DNA of 64,000 nucleotides. Source: Monocercomonoides exilis PA203 (taxonomy: Eukaryota; Protista; Preaxostyla). Position numbers and translations under genes: made by a program. The stretch is taken from contig LSRY02000006.1 in NCBI GenBank assembly GCA_001643675.2, forward strand, positions 248,001-312,000. Direction: 5' to 3'. The notes under the pieces are model-generated. The model saw only the letters and a program-made list of their open reading frames with translations. It was not told where the DNA came from and ran no database searches. Shown piece by piece: positions 35,401 through 49,041 of this stretch (position 1 is its first letter; every line of letters starts with the position of its first letter).

Positions 35401-37900
35401 GAGAGAAAAGAAATGCATTTCTTTCTCTCTGTATATGTGCATGTGTTACAATTCAATGGAAGAATTCAGAAATGGGCAGAAACGGCACATGGCCCATTCA
35501 AGATTTATCTGGAATCGCTTTTGTTCGTTTGCTTCAACTCTTTTTGAAGGCTGATTCTCTCTCACTCTTGCACAAAATGCTTCGATACCGTCTTTGATTC
35601 AAGATTGTCGAGATTATTTATTTTAATGGATTTTTCTGTGGAAGTGCAAAAAGACATGAGGAATGGAATGGCAGGAAAGAAGCAGCACTGGGAAATGAAG
35701 GGTTGCTCCAAGCCTATGAACAGGAAAAGGATGGATGGTGATGTGAAGACATTCAAATGGAACAGGGAAAAAAAAAATAGGAAAGTCAAAAACAAAAGCC
35801 ATTTGGCACAAAACATCAAAAAAAGAAAAGAAAAAATATAAGGAATGCTGCGACGCGATGTGCATCAAGCAGACAGAAATACGAGAAAAATGGGCAGTTG
35901 AAGAGTCAGTCCCACTTTGATCGTGCCCTGCTGCTAGTTGCGATTTCCAAGCATTTCGCTTTCGCTGCAAGCAAGTTCACTCGATGCACCTCTGCCAGAC
36001 TGCTGGCTGTCCGTTGTGCGATCGATGGCATCTGAGGCTGTGAGGACCATCGCTCCCAGCGGAAAATGCAGGAAGAGCTCTCTTTTGAGGGTTGCGAGGG
36101 ATGGGCGCTTCTGCGAAAGGCTGTTGAGGCAGTTTTCAACCACAGAGCAGAACGACGATCGCTCCGCGCTGCCCAGGGCTGGCCTCTCCCCATTCACGAT
36201 CTTCTGCCCTGCCACCTCTGCCTCATAATCACCAAACGGAATCTGGAGCGTCAGGCACTCCCACAACATCATCCCGATCGAGAAGGCAACCGACTCCTTG
36301 GTTGCTCCCATCTTCTTGTTGATCAGCAGCTCAGGCGCCTTCCACCTTAGGCACTCCTTTTTGAAGTCATCCTCATCCTCAAAGGCAGACGAGGGAAGAG
36401 AGTCTTCATTGTCATCATTATCACTTGCAGAAGTCACAACAGTTGACGAGGAGATGGATGATGAATCCGAATCATCATCAGACAATAAGTCAGAATGCAT
36501 CACGATGCAGATGACCATGTGCTCCGAGAACAATACAATGTGAGGACTGAGGTTGGATAATGATTGGAGAGGGTTTTCCATCTCGTCAAATGAGTGAAGA
36601 GCTCCATTTGCCACCCAGAAAAGAATCTGAGCAGCGGTTTGCTCCCTCTCCTGCAGAGTGCCAATCGCCATCTCTTTTGTCTTATTCCTTCCGTGCAGCA
36701 GCATGAACAGCGAATCCCTCAAGTCCACAATCAGCTTCTCATGAGGAGACGAACATGCCATTGCATCCACCAGATTCGACATGGATGAGGTGGTTGGACA
36801 CAGACTCTCCACTCGAACAAAAGTTGAATCAGAATCAGCTGTTGAAGTGGATGAGATGGATGGTGAAGGAGTTCTCTTCCTTGTTTCCTCTTCTTCTTCC
36901 TCTTCTTCTTCCTCTTTCTCATCAACCTTCTCCAGTGCCCATTGAGGGATCTTGTCTGAATCTCTGCCCAGAATGTATTCAGTCGATCCGCTCTCAGATA
37001 AAAGATGCTCCGATGACTCTGAATGCTGCATCTGCTTCCCATACACCCTCTTCTTCATTCTCTCTTCATTCTTCTTTTCTGCCTCTCTCTCAGCTCTTCT
37101 CCACTGCTCCTCTGGTGACATCTCCATCGTCACCATCTCAAACGCCTTCGGATCCTTTCTGATGTTATCATTCACAATCTCTCTCAGATCTTCTGCTTCA
37201 TTCTTAACCTTTCTCCATCGGATGACAAACATAATAAATCCAATGAGAACAATCAAAAACAAAACAGTTAATATAACAACAATAATTGGCCAAATCGATT
37301 TCCCTTCTTTTCCTCCTTCAGCAATCCTTTCATCTCCCTTCGACTCAACCTCGCTCCTGTTCTTCAGGATGAATGACTCAGTTGCCGAGGGAGAATGGCC
37401 ATCTCCAAACAAGATGCACACCCTCACTTCCGCACTCGCCTCTGCTCCTCTGACCATCTCCAACCCAGTTGTGCCACGAACTTCCTCTTCACTCACAAAT
37501 CCAGACTCACTTATCTCGTGAGTCTCCATCTGCTCCACATCCCCCACCGACGAAACAACCCGAAACGACAGGTTGCATGGCAGAAGAAGTGCGCCCCTGA
37601 ACACAACATCCAGCACCTCTTCCTTCTCCTCTGTCTCCACCCTTCGCAGTGTGGGAACGAACAATGGCGATGCTCGCTCCTCAACAATCCCCATCAAACT
37701 GCATCCATCATTCAGAATCCACATCGATGAATCATCTTTCACTCCGTCTCCTCCCTTCAAGCTCATGATATTCAGCTGAGCAGAATCCGAACACAATATG
37801 TTTCTCCGAGCTGAGGGATATTTTCCAATCGATGGGTTGTTGTTCGCAAACTCTCCTTTCTCAATCTCCACATTTCCTCCACTCACTGACAATCCTCCTT
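32491..37900. repeat. Inverted repeat 2 (palindrome), right arm, carrying the empty DIRS target site at ~33353-33360
   Basis: Continuous reverse-complement match to the left arm once the DIRS element is removed. High identity ends at the GGLSVSGG codons (37900 / 22147). Confidence 0.95.
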
Positions 37901-40900
37901 CACTGGAATTTGCAAATGCTGAATCCTTGAATTTTGCTGTGCAATCTGAAAAGTCCACCAATGAGCCATTCCATTTGCAAATGTTCGTTTTTTCATTCAT
38001 TGATACGTTTGAATTTCTCAAAGATTTATCTCCATTGAACAAGCAAGATTCTATCGAAATATCTGAGCAATGAGAAAAAGAGGCATAACTTCCAATATTA
38101 GCTTTGGATGACATATTTTCAACTGACAAGCTGTTCATTTCGATCTGATGTGAGCTGCCTTCAACATAAATGACTCCTGAATAATCTGATTTGCCAGTGA
38201 TTGCAGAAAATGAACCAAGAAACATCGATAGATGTTTTCGAAATTCAGTTGCTATTGAGTTTTGCTGATGAAACTGGCTGGAAACTGCAATCACATATCC
38301 ATCATCCAACTGGATATCACGAGCCGAAATGTTTGCAAGAGTGCAATTTCCGCTACTGCCAGATATTTGCAGGCAGTTCTGTGAAACATCAAGCGAAGCT
38401 AACAACAAGCTGGAGCAGTTCAGAGCACCACCACTGCATGCCGCAACGCATGAACAGTCCAAAAGTGAAACTGTCACATCGAAAAGCACACATTCTCCAT
38501 CTGAGCACAAAAACACACACTCTGCTTTGGCACGATTTAATTCGTCTGAGGTGCTGACAACCGACCGGCTCATTTCGAAATAGCCTGAGCTTATCTCCAA
38601 GAGACACAGATGGGCAAATGAATCTGAGAATGGAAGAGTGATGTTCAGCATCTCAATCTTCACCCTTTCCCACGCTCTCATCAAGCTGTTTCTCGTTGGA
38701 GCAATTCCACCAACAAGAACAATCCTTCCTCCTTCGTATGAGCGCGGTCTCATTGATACATCAGTCAGATCCACTTCTTCTTGGAGAACACATTCCGTAT
38801 CAATAACGAGCATGGGCACATCATCAGTCACAACATGGCTGAGCCCATATCCCAGAGACAAGCAAGGCACTTTTGTGGTTCCACACTTCCTGCTGTTTTC
38901 ACCATTCTTGTTATTTGCCGAAGAAACGAATATCATTGAGGACTGATACACCACAATGAAATCCATCAGATCAATCTCGCTCTGATGCTTGTCATCAATG
39001 CCCCAGATGGCGTTGACACGGTTGTAGTATCCCTCTCTCAGATCCATCGCAAACTGGCTCTCATTAACTTGAGCAGAAATGTCTCTGCATTCGATGAAGA
39101 TATCCTTTCCAGTCTTTGCGCTGTTGGAGTCGAAGCTGGAGTTCTTGAACACAAACTTCAATGATCCTTCCTCTTTCGCACATAGATACACTCCACCTCC
39201 TCTGCCAGCTGACGACGAGCATCCGCATTGAACCACATTTGAGCTGCTCAACTTGAACACCCCATCAGACGCCAAGTTCACAAAAATCGCTCCTCCTTTC
39301 TCAGATTCGGGCGATCTGCAAAACTCGAATGTGGAGCCATTGATATCCAGTGAAAGAGGAACATTTGAAGAGCTTTTGACAACACAGCTGCCATCATCTG
39401 AACGGACAACTGAGGAAAATAGTGAGCCATCCATAGAGATATGTGCTTGTTCAGCATTTGTGTTTCTCTCTTGCTGCTCCACATTCACAACACATCCGCA
39501 ATCAGACGAAAGTTCCTTCACATCCATTCCATCAAAATTGCACAAGCATCCAGAGTTGATGCAAAACAAATCTTTTCTCACGCTTGCCTTCACTTTCAAC
39601 TTCTTCACAAAAAACTCTCCACTGCTCATCATCGCAAACAACACGTCTGCTCTGAATGATGCCCCTGCACTATCTGCTGATGTTTCGAAGGAACAGTCCT
39701 CCAGTGATAGGATGCCTTGGATATTTTTTATCACACGCACACTCGACCCTTCTTCCACTTTTCTCATCTTCAGAGCAAGATCAACCACAGACAGCTTGTG
39801 GGCATTAGAAAAGAAGCAAATCTCATTGCTTTCATTGGCTGTCTCAAACAACAAAGAAGATGCCTCTTCCAGCGCCATCTTCACTGATGATTTTATTGTG
39901 AAATTCGAAACATCATATTGATCCGTGACTGCTGCTGCTTGATCGATGAGAATGATTTTTTCTTGTTTTGTCTGATCTATCTGGCCAAAACCTTTCCAAA
40001 ATGATCTGCATGCAATGAACTCGCTCCCACACCGCTTCACATCGAATCCAGATGATGAAACAAACACAGTATCGCTCTTGAAGCTGATCAAGAACACAAA
40101 CAAATCCACATTGTTTTGGAATCTATCGCTTCCAACAAACAGATCTGGATTGTCCTTGAGCTGTTCATAATCGAAGGCAAATACATCCTCTGTAACTGTT
40201 GTATTCAGATCAGATGCTTGCATGAAAATGTTTTTGCCCAATGCAGCTTCATTGGCTTCAAAGACAGAGGATATGATGGATAACGGTTTCTCTTCCAATG
40301 AGTCCGTGCTGTTCAAGAACATAAATCCACCCATTCCCTCCTTTGCTTCGCACACACACTTGCAAGCTGTTGTCTCATTGATTGCAGCGTTGTTACTATT
40401 CGTCAAGCACACACACAGTGCCCCTCCCTCTACACTTCCTGATGTGCACACTTTTGAAATGTTACAGTTGCTGAGCTGCACCGATCCGCATGCAACAAAT
40501 GGTGTTTGGAAAAAGCGGAAAATGGAAACAGAACAGTTGAACAACGAAAGTGATCCGCTTGTCACGTGCACAAGCTGATATGCAATTTCCCCTTCTCTCT
40601 CCACATTGAATGATGAAGATTGGAAATCCAGCATGCCAGATGGGGAGCTGGATTCAAAAACAATAGTTTGGCCGTTTTCGAATGCTTGAGGCATCAAAAG
40701 TGATATTGAGTGCAATGTGAGAGACATTGTGCTGCTGAACACAGATGTTTCTTCTCCTCTTTCAATTTTCGGGTTTATAAAGAGTTCTGCTGTTTTATCT
40801 GTCGAAGATGAAATCGTGAGGAATGAATAAAGATCGTATGAATCATTCACCATTGCACTCCCATTGATGCGTATCTCCCTTTCACGAGTTTCAGGAACCA

Positions 40901-43900
40901 GATTTTGAAATCCTCTCCAAAGCGATTGACAAGGGTGTTCTGAGCTTCCGCAACCCAGAACATCCAACCCTGTTGGCGACACCTTCACCACTTCAAATTT
41001 CCCTTGAACCAAAAACAACATCAAGTTCACATTTTCGTTCTTGAAATTCACATTGTCAGTCCCCATCATTTCCACTGTGCCATTTTCTCCATCTCCACTC
41101 AATCTTGCAAATCGCTCTGAAGTGACTGAGTTGTTCAAATCAAAACAGCTGATGAACGCATCTTTTCCAAATTTTGCCTTGTTATTCCCAAAAGAACAAT
41201 CCATTACCGAGAATGTTCTTGAATGTTGTTCTGTGAATTCAAAGAAGAATCCTCCTCCTTTCATTTCCATTTCATCAACAGTGCAGCTCTGCAAAGAAAT
41301 ATTTGCAAATATGAACTCTTCGTTTGTGCAGCCTTTCACACTCACAGCACCTCCATTTCCATTCAAATTCTCGCATGTTCCAAATTTACTGTTTTTTGTG
41401 ATAGATAACGATGCTTTGCCTGAAACACTCACCACTTGCCCATTTTCGACAACACAACTCTCTGCTCTGATGTTTCTCAGCAAAAGGTCAGATCCTTCAC
41501 AACCTTGAATCAGCCCATTTCCTTTGGAGCTGGCATCGCTGATGTTCACATCTTCCATTTCAATAATTCCTTCAGTAACTCTTGCGATTCCCACAGATTC
41601 TGTGAAACTCAGAGTGTTGATGATGACAGTTGTGAAGGATGCCTCAGCCCTTCTGCATTCAAGAAGCCAGAATTCAATCTTGGTGTCTGACCTCTCGCTC
41701 TCATCAAAGATGCAGTTTTTCAGAAACAATGTTCCTGTTTGTGCATTTATCAGCTCGCTTCTGCCTGATTGTGCGAGAAGTGCGAATCTGATATTATTGA
41801 AGATTAGACTGGGCGTTTCCGAACCCTCAGATAACCAAAAATGCCCATTGGTTTCAATGTTCAGCGTTGAATGCTCAGCCTTCCCTCGAACAGTGAGAGA
41901 TTTTCCAGCCCTGTTCACATCACGGTTCAGCTCCGTTGAACCTTGAATGTGCAGCGTGGACTGATTGTCGGTCATCTTTGTGAAGCCAGCGTCCATTGTT
42001 TGGCACGGATACAGATCAGTGCCACACTCAGGAGAATCTGTCCCGTTTGTTGAATCGAGAAATACAATCTCAGCATCAGAGGCAAAGAGATATCTCCGAA
42101 GCGACTCGCCATCAGGCATGCTTCCTGATGTGTCATACACCCACAGCTCCTCCTCTTCCATGTTTTCATCTGCTGATTTGTCAAACAGAGTCGGCTTAAT
42201 CACCTCTCTTGGTGTTGGACAGACAATATAAATGTTCTTTCCCCTCTTTGCCTCATTCTCACTGAACTCGATCATCTTCAGCGAATATTTCGACTTCAGT
42301 GTGTTCAAAATGATATACAGCCCTCCACCAAAGCTGCGTTCACCAAACACTTTGCACTTTGTTGCAGTGTTCCCATCGAATAGAAAAGTTCCATAATCAC
42401 CCACATCCACATGAACACATCCACCGCACATATCTTCCGAAGTAGAATTGCAGATGTCCATTGTGCAGTTTGTTATTTCGATCTTCTCTTTCTCGTTCAC
42501 TCTCCCATTCATCAATCCTCCAAACCCGTTCTGTCTGCTTATCTCACTGAAAGTGCTGTTCTTCATTGTTATATTCGCTGTTCCTTCAAAGCTGAAGAAA
42601 GGATAGTTCATTTGGTTTGTGTTCTGCACTTTCGAGTTTTCCATTCCAAACTCCTGCACCGATTTCACACTCATCATTCCCTTTTCTGAACGAGTTGCGA
42701 TATCTGTGAAATTCGCATCGTTCATGTTGCACTTGACAGCATTATTCGTTCCGCTTCCGTCTAGAACAATCATCTCCACCGAGCCATATCTGGAATTCAA
42801 CACTGAGAAATGCTCGCATTTCAGTTCTCCTCCAAGCACTCCAATCAGACTGAACGAACATGTCAGCCCCGATGCTGCTTCCATTTCCACTTGGCAATCT
42901 GAAATGCACAACCTTTCATTGAGGCACATAAACAGGAATGAAATTGCCTCTCCCAAAGATGAAGGATGCACAAATGATATCTGTTCGATATTCACCTCCT
43001 TGGATGTTTCGATCATTCCTCCGCTTGATCCGCCTCCTCCAGCATCCACTCTGATTTCACTTCTGCTCTCTTTGGCTTTGATACTCATGTTTTTCGTCTT
43101 CAATTCTATCTTGTCCTTGATGTTGAACGAGCTCTCCACCAAGATCACTCCACTGCTCTCTTTGATCAGACTCTCGCTGAACGGGATTGTCAGACAAGGG
43201 AAATCCGCATATCCGCATTTGTAGTAGTCGATCCCAGTTCCAGACACATGTGCAGTTGAGCTCAGCTGACGAAAGAACAGAACCAAGGGGATCACATCCC
43301 TTTTGTTGCTTCCATCAAAGCCTCCAAGCTCCTCAAAAACAGGCATGTCCTCCACAGATGTGTTGAACGAGTGTGCCAAAACTGTTGCCTTTGCAACATT
43401 CTCAAGCACAGGTGCCTCCATGAATATGTTGCTTCCTCCTTTAGGAGCTGAACACAACGTGAACAGCACATTCTTGATGATCACATTTTGTGCCCCTTCA
43501 CTCAGCAACAGCATTATCCCTCCACCATACCCTCCTTTCCCTCCATTTTCTTTCGAGCTGCATTCTTCAATGGCTGTCTCTGCAGACGATGTGTTCCCCA
43601 CCTGCACATTCCCTCCTGCTTCCACAGAAATATGGAGGCCGCCTCCGTTCCATCCTTCGCAAACACATTTTTTCATGCTTCCGCCTTCGATTACCACACT
43701 TCCGCCATTCCCCACAGTGCATTCCACAGCACCTCCGTTGTTGCTGCTGCGCTCAATATTCTCGATATTTGTGTTGTTCAAAGTCAGAGCTTGGATAAAT
43801 GCTGTCTGGATTGCAACACAGTTGGATTTGGCCACTGATGTGAATGATGAATCTCTCACAGTCAGCTCTGCCGTGGAGGTGGTTGCTGCGATCAGACTGC

Positions 43901-46900
43901 TTCCTGTCAGAGTTGTTGCATTTGTGATGGTTGCTTTATCAATCAGCGTTTGAGAAGAGCCACTGCAGCTCACAATGCAAGCAGCCACATAAGCAATGTT
44001 CTTGAAAGAGCAATCACTGATTGTGATATCTCCCGACTCTGCTGCGATCAACGAGAATGAATGGGATTCCACTGCTTCTTGAGGTTCAAATTCACAATTC
44101 TCCACACGCGTGCTCCCTGATCCTTTGTGATGCATAAGCGAGGAATGTGCCTGGATTGCTGTTGGCAGCTTGAAGGCAATGCTATTTATGATCACTGAAA
44201 AGCCCAAGGAAATACTCGAGCAAAACAAACCTGCTTCTGGTGATTTTGCACCTTGCACAATCACGACGCTCCTTTCAGCCACTCCGCCGATTGTGTGTGT
44301 TTTTTCTCCATCTGCAACAACGCTTTCAGCCAGAGTGAAAAGAGGTGAAAGAATAACATTGCTTTTGCTTCCGTTCTGTCTTTTGAACGAAAATGAGATA
44401 GATCTGCATGGATATGTATCAAATCCACAGGGTGCCACATCTTGACCTGTTTCCGATGCACACACCTCATTTGTGATGACACGATAAAAATAGACAAGAG
44501 GTATTGCATGGACTTTGTCTGCTCCATCATATCCTCTCATTGAATCATCTGTCAGATCTGCAGAGCCAGCAACAAACGGGAGCGTTTTGTTTGTGAGGGT
44601 ATTTGTGAGATTCGGCGACTGAATGAACAAATCCTTTCCGATTGCAGCGCTGTTTGGATGCTCGAGAGAAGATACAGGAGAAGCGATTGAGAACAAATCA
44701 TCGCTGTCGCTGCTGCAATACAGGCATATCCCACCCCCATAACCCTTTCCCAGTAATCCTTCAGGAGCTGTGCACGAGTGAAACGTGCATTCAGAGACTG
44801 TCAGCCCACATTTTGCATCCTCTGTTCCGCATATCGCACCTCCACAGCTTTCATCTTCCTGAACAGAGCAGCTGTCGAAGGAGCAGTTCGTGATCATCAT
44901 CGATTTGAAATTTTCACTTATTCCCTTCACATTTATGCAAGAGCCATTGCCACTTGTTCGAATTTCGCTTGCGAATGAAGTATTCCTCACTTTCAGTGAT
45001 TGGCCATTGGTCCATTGCACACAACAGCCATCAGCATAGCTCCCTTCCTCAAAAACGCTGTTTTTTATTTCTGATGATTTTCCTGACGATAAACAAAAAA
45101 AATCACCTTTGTTTCTCACTGTGAGCTGTTTGCATATGAGTCCTTTTGCGTCGATAGATGTTTCATCTCCACTCACACAAATAAGCCCAGAAGGAGCAGG
45201 AAATGACAGATCAGCTGTGAGTTGTTGAATGTGAAAATTGCTGATTGAAAAAGTCCCTTTTCTGATTTCAGCAAATGAATTTGTCAGAACTGAATCATCA
45301 ATCTCCATCTTTAACGAACAATCTGAAATTGACAGAGATGGACCGAGACCCACAAGAAGTGAACGAAATGAAAACTCTTGTTGGTCACAAAGCATGAAGC
45401 AGATATTTTGGAAGAGAGATGAAGAAGCACATGTTATGAATCCATCTCCTTCAACGGGTGCAACTGGTTTGAATGAAATGGATGTGTTTTCTTGCTCGCA
45501 GCAGATATTCCAAGCGAAACCATCAAGTGTCATCTCTTCGTTCCAGACAAACTGAGAATGAAGGGATAGCAATCTATCTGCATCTGAAAATCTCAATGAT
45601 ACTGCATGCTTTAATGTTGAGCACGGATAACTGACATATCCGCATCCACTGAAATCTCTGTTGTTTGGTCCTCCCACATGTACTGGAGGCACAAAAGCCC
45701 CACTCAGATACAACCTCAGCGGAATCAAATGCGATGGATCGTTGTTTTCGAAACCCATCAAATCGTCATCCAGCATCCCATTTCGTCCGAATTTGATAGT
45801 ATTTTCATTCACACACGTTCCCAGATTCACTGCTTCCACAAACACATTCTTCCCTTTCCAGGCATTGCATCGCTCAAATGATAGGGCATTGAGAATAAAC
45901 AGTGGTTCATCTGAGCACACCTTGATATAGAGTGCCCCACCTTTTCCCTTCGATTGATCATCTGTTGGAACACAACATTCATTGAAGTTAACAGCAACAT
46001 CCTGCCCAACAGTGAACATGCTGTTTGTTTTCAGAGCAACAAACATGGCTCCTCCGTTCCCCTGTTGACAGCTGCAGTTCCTGAAAGTCACATTGTCGAA
46101 ACTGACAATCTCTTGCTCTTCAACCTCCATCTCCATAATACCTCCATTTCCACTTTTCCGAGAGATACTTTCCATCAGCACGTTCTTCATTCCCAACTGG
46201 TCTGGAGCTTGGAATGCAATGAGAGGCAAAGTATCCACAGCTATTTCGGATATCGTGCAGCTGGATAAACCAAGATAACCATTTTGAACATTGAGCAAAG
46301 AAACAGAATGAACAACATTATTGCTTGCCTCAGATCCAAAAATGAGGATGTTTTCGAGTTGAATCCTTCCCTGTGGATGTGCCAGAGCAGCCAATGAATA
46401 AAATACAGTCAGTGAGGAGGATGGTGGTTAATCTCCACACTCACATTTGTCAAGCAAAGAGAGCCGCTTGACAAAACAATCACGGAGGAGGCACTTTGCG
46501 GAACTTGCGAGGTGCTGATCACTGTGGCATCTTTTCCATCTCCCTTCATTGTGACTGTCATCTCTCCGATATTCAGAGTTGCAGGTTGAAATTTTGCTTG
46601 CAGCATGCTCACAAGGCCAGTTCGTAACTCTTGAAGCCGAGAAAGGATGTATTCCAATGAATTGCACGGTGTGGACAATGCACTCAATCCGCATCCCTCT
46701 GTGTCTGCTCCTCCTGTTTTTGAATATATCATCGTTCCTTGTGGAATCCAACTGTTGAATTCCTTGCTTTCTGATGTTCCCATGAAATTCACTCTCTTTG
46801 CAGGAGTTGTTGAAAATGAATAAGCAAAAGGATTGAGGATGTTGAATGAAGAATTCAGCCAATAGTCATGTCCGTGATTACCCCCACTTGTATTGTTGTG

Positions 46901-48325
46901 GAAAAACAAGAAAAGGAACCTTGGTGGTGTTGAAGCCCAACTTTCGTGGCAATCCATGAAAAGGGCTGCACTCCCCAAATTAGAGTGAAAATCACTCCAA
47001 TAGCAGTTGCTGAAATATAAATTTTTTGGTGCAGGGTCAAAATAATTACTGCCATTTGTGCTTGTGTTCCAACCAATAAATAAACAAGATTCCATAATTG
47101 CGTTGTTAATTAAACTTTGCATTTGAAAAAATCGAATATCATGTCCACAAGATAGAGCAACGTTCCCAATATATGTGCATTTTTCAATAATAACTTTATC
47201 TGTCATGGATGTGAAGTATGTTCCTCCTCCATAATTTGCGGTGTTGTTTTCAAAATAGCAATTTAAGATTGATTTCAAATTCGAATTTGCTACATAAATT
47301 GCTCCACCATCTATGCTGGCCATACAAATGAAAAAGCTGCAGTTCACAACCGATAGCGTCAATGATGATCCAGCACAGAAGATTCCTCCACCTCTTGTGA
47401 TCTCAGTGTCGTTTGCAATACACATTTCAAAAATTGAGTTTTTAAATGAAACTTCTCCAATGAAATGCCTTTGAGATGTATTGTAACGAGTTGGTTCATT
47501 TTTTGTGCGGCAGCATTTTGAGAATGTTGAATTAGAACATACAAAGTTTCTGGATGAAGGCGAATTGATGGAGCAAGAAATACCATCATTGAAGACATTC
47601 TCAACGCTTGAAAAGACACACGACGAAAAAGAAGTTGAGAATAAGCCGTTTTTGTGCTTCACTTCATTTCTGTCATACGATGCGGTGATGTTTGAAAGCA
47701 GGCATCTTTGCATCGATGCTTGTGTGTCACTTTCAGTGCATAACAAAGGAGCATTCAATATTTCTGCGGATGACAGAATAGAATCAGAGATTGATATGAT
47801 ACACGGACAACAGGACAAGGACGGCGAAGAAGAAGATACTGGAAATGAAGATGATACAAAATAAAGTGAATTGGAAACGGATGAAAACTGAAGGGAAATG
47901 CTCTCGAGAAGAAGCTCGCTTTCATCACATGTGAAAAGTGCATTCTTTTTTTCTCTTGAATGGAACAGAATGCAATGCTTGAGGGAAGTTCTCGATAATC
48001 TTCGAGAAATCACAATCGATGAATTCGAATGTTGAGCCATTGCAACTGTTTCGAATTGAACAGAAGAGTTGATTGCATTTGTCGAAATTAGCAAAGAACG
48101 GGGCTTCTGCTCAAATATATGTGGTAATTTGTATGAAAAATATGCTTCACATGTTTTTTCATTTGCAGTATTTTTGTTGTTGCATTGATAAATGCATCCA
48201 ATGTTTTGCAAACTTGAATATACAAATGAATTTGGATTTTCAATGGTGAGAGTCTTCTTCTCAGAAAAGAGTGTGAAACAGAATTGGAAATATTAGGCTG
48301 TGATTAAAAGAGAGACATAAAGCAT
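35934..48325 (-). pseudogene. Giant beta-helix-repeat receptor pseudokinase, copy C (~4100 aa if repaired; one frameshift and an early in-frame stop)
   Basis: ORFs 46409..48211 and 35934..46394 join if one base is added at ~46426-46429 (VEI-x-PPSSSLTVFYSLAALAHPQ). Eight GxD/NxxxCG..C modules, TM at ~37219-37291, and a pseudokinase tail almost identical to copy B. Candidate ATG 48325 (MLYVSLLITA*YFQFCFTLF) is in frame but has TAA at 48293-48295. Functional status is uncertain. Confidence 0.75.
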
Positions 48326-49041
48326 GGTACTTATTCGCAAAAAGTCTCTGAAATTATGCAAGAATGAAAAGGTGTCTCAACACTCTTGAATTTTATTTAG
48401 GAGGAATGTATTACAGTTGTTGAATTTTTATTTTTTGAGCAATCCCATGATAATATTAATGAAAGAAATAAATTACTCATTTCAAGAATCAATTCAATCC
48501 TCAGGTGTGTTTGTTATGATTTTTAGCATTCATGTATTCCTGAATTGATTTTCAGAAAATATTCTACAATTTAACCTTGAACATTCACAAAATGGAAACA
48601 ACATTCAAGAATCACTTTTTTTATTCAATCTCTTTGAAAAATGATCTTGTTCCCGTGACAATGAAAATGAATAAGATTCAATGCTCAAAAAGATGGAAAA
48701 TCAGGAAAACGAAAGACAAAAATTTTTTTCAATATATCGAGTTCAATTACAAAAATTCATGGCTATGAACAATAAAATAAAGTTATAAGTTATTACACAT
48801 TCATAAAACCAAAAATTAAGCACTTCTTCATAAAAACAATTCAAGAAAGTGATAAATATTATGAACAACACAAAAAATAACGAAGGCATTTTATAATAGA
48901 AAAGTTCATCATTTCATGCTGAAAAGAAAAAACTTTTGAAACGAAAATGTTAAAACATTGTTCACTCTTATTCAATCTGAAGAATTATAAGCATTTTAAA
49001 AATTAAAGGAAACAAACACTTTTTTAAATAAATTGAAGGGT

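Noticed and set aside
22147-37900. Palindrome as a fold-back or chimeric read artefact
   Set aside because: The arms differ by a clean 4.8-kb element insertion, clustered substitutions and synonymous-rich patches. Read-level confirmation is still desirable.
48293-48295. TAA/TAG reassigned to Gln, as in some oxymonads and diplomonads
   Set aside because: ORFs of 2200-3500 codons contain no in-frame TAA/TAG, and SPT16 ends at TAA shortly after its conserved C-terminal motif.
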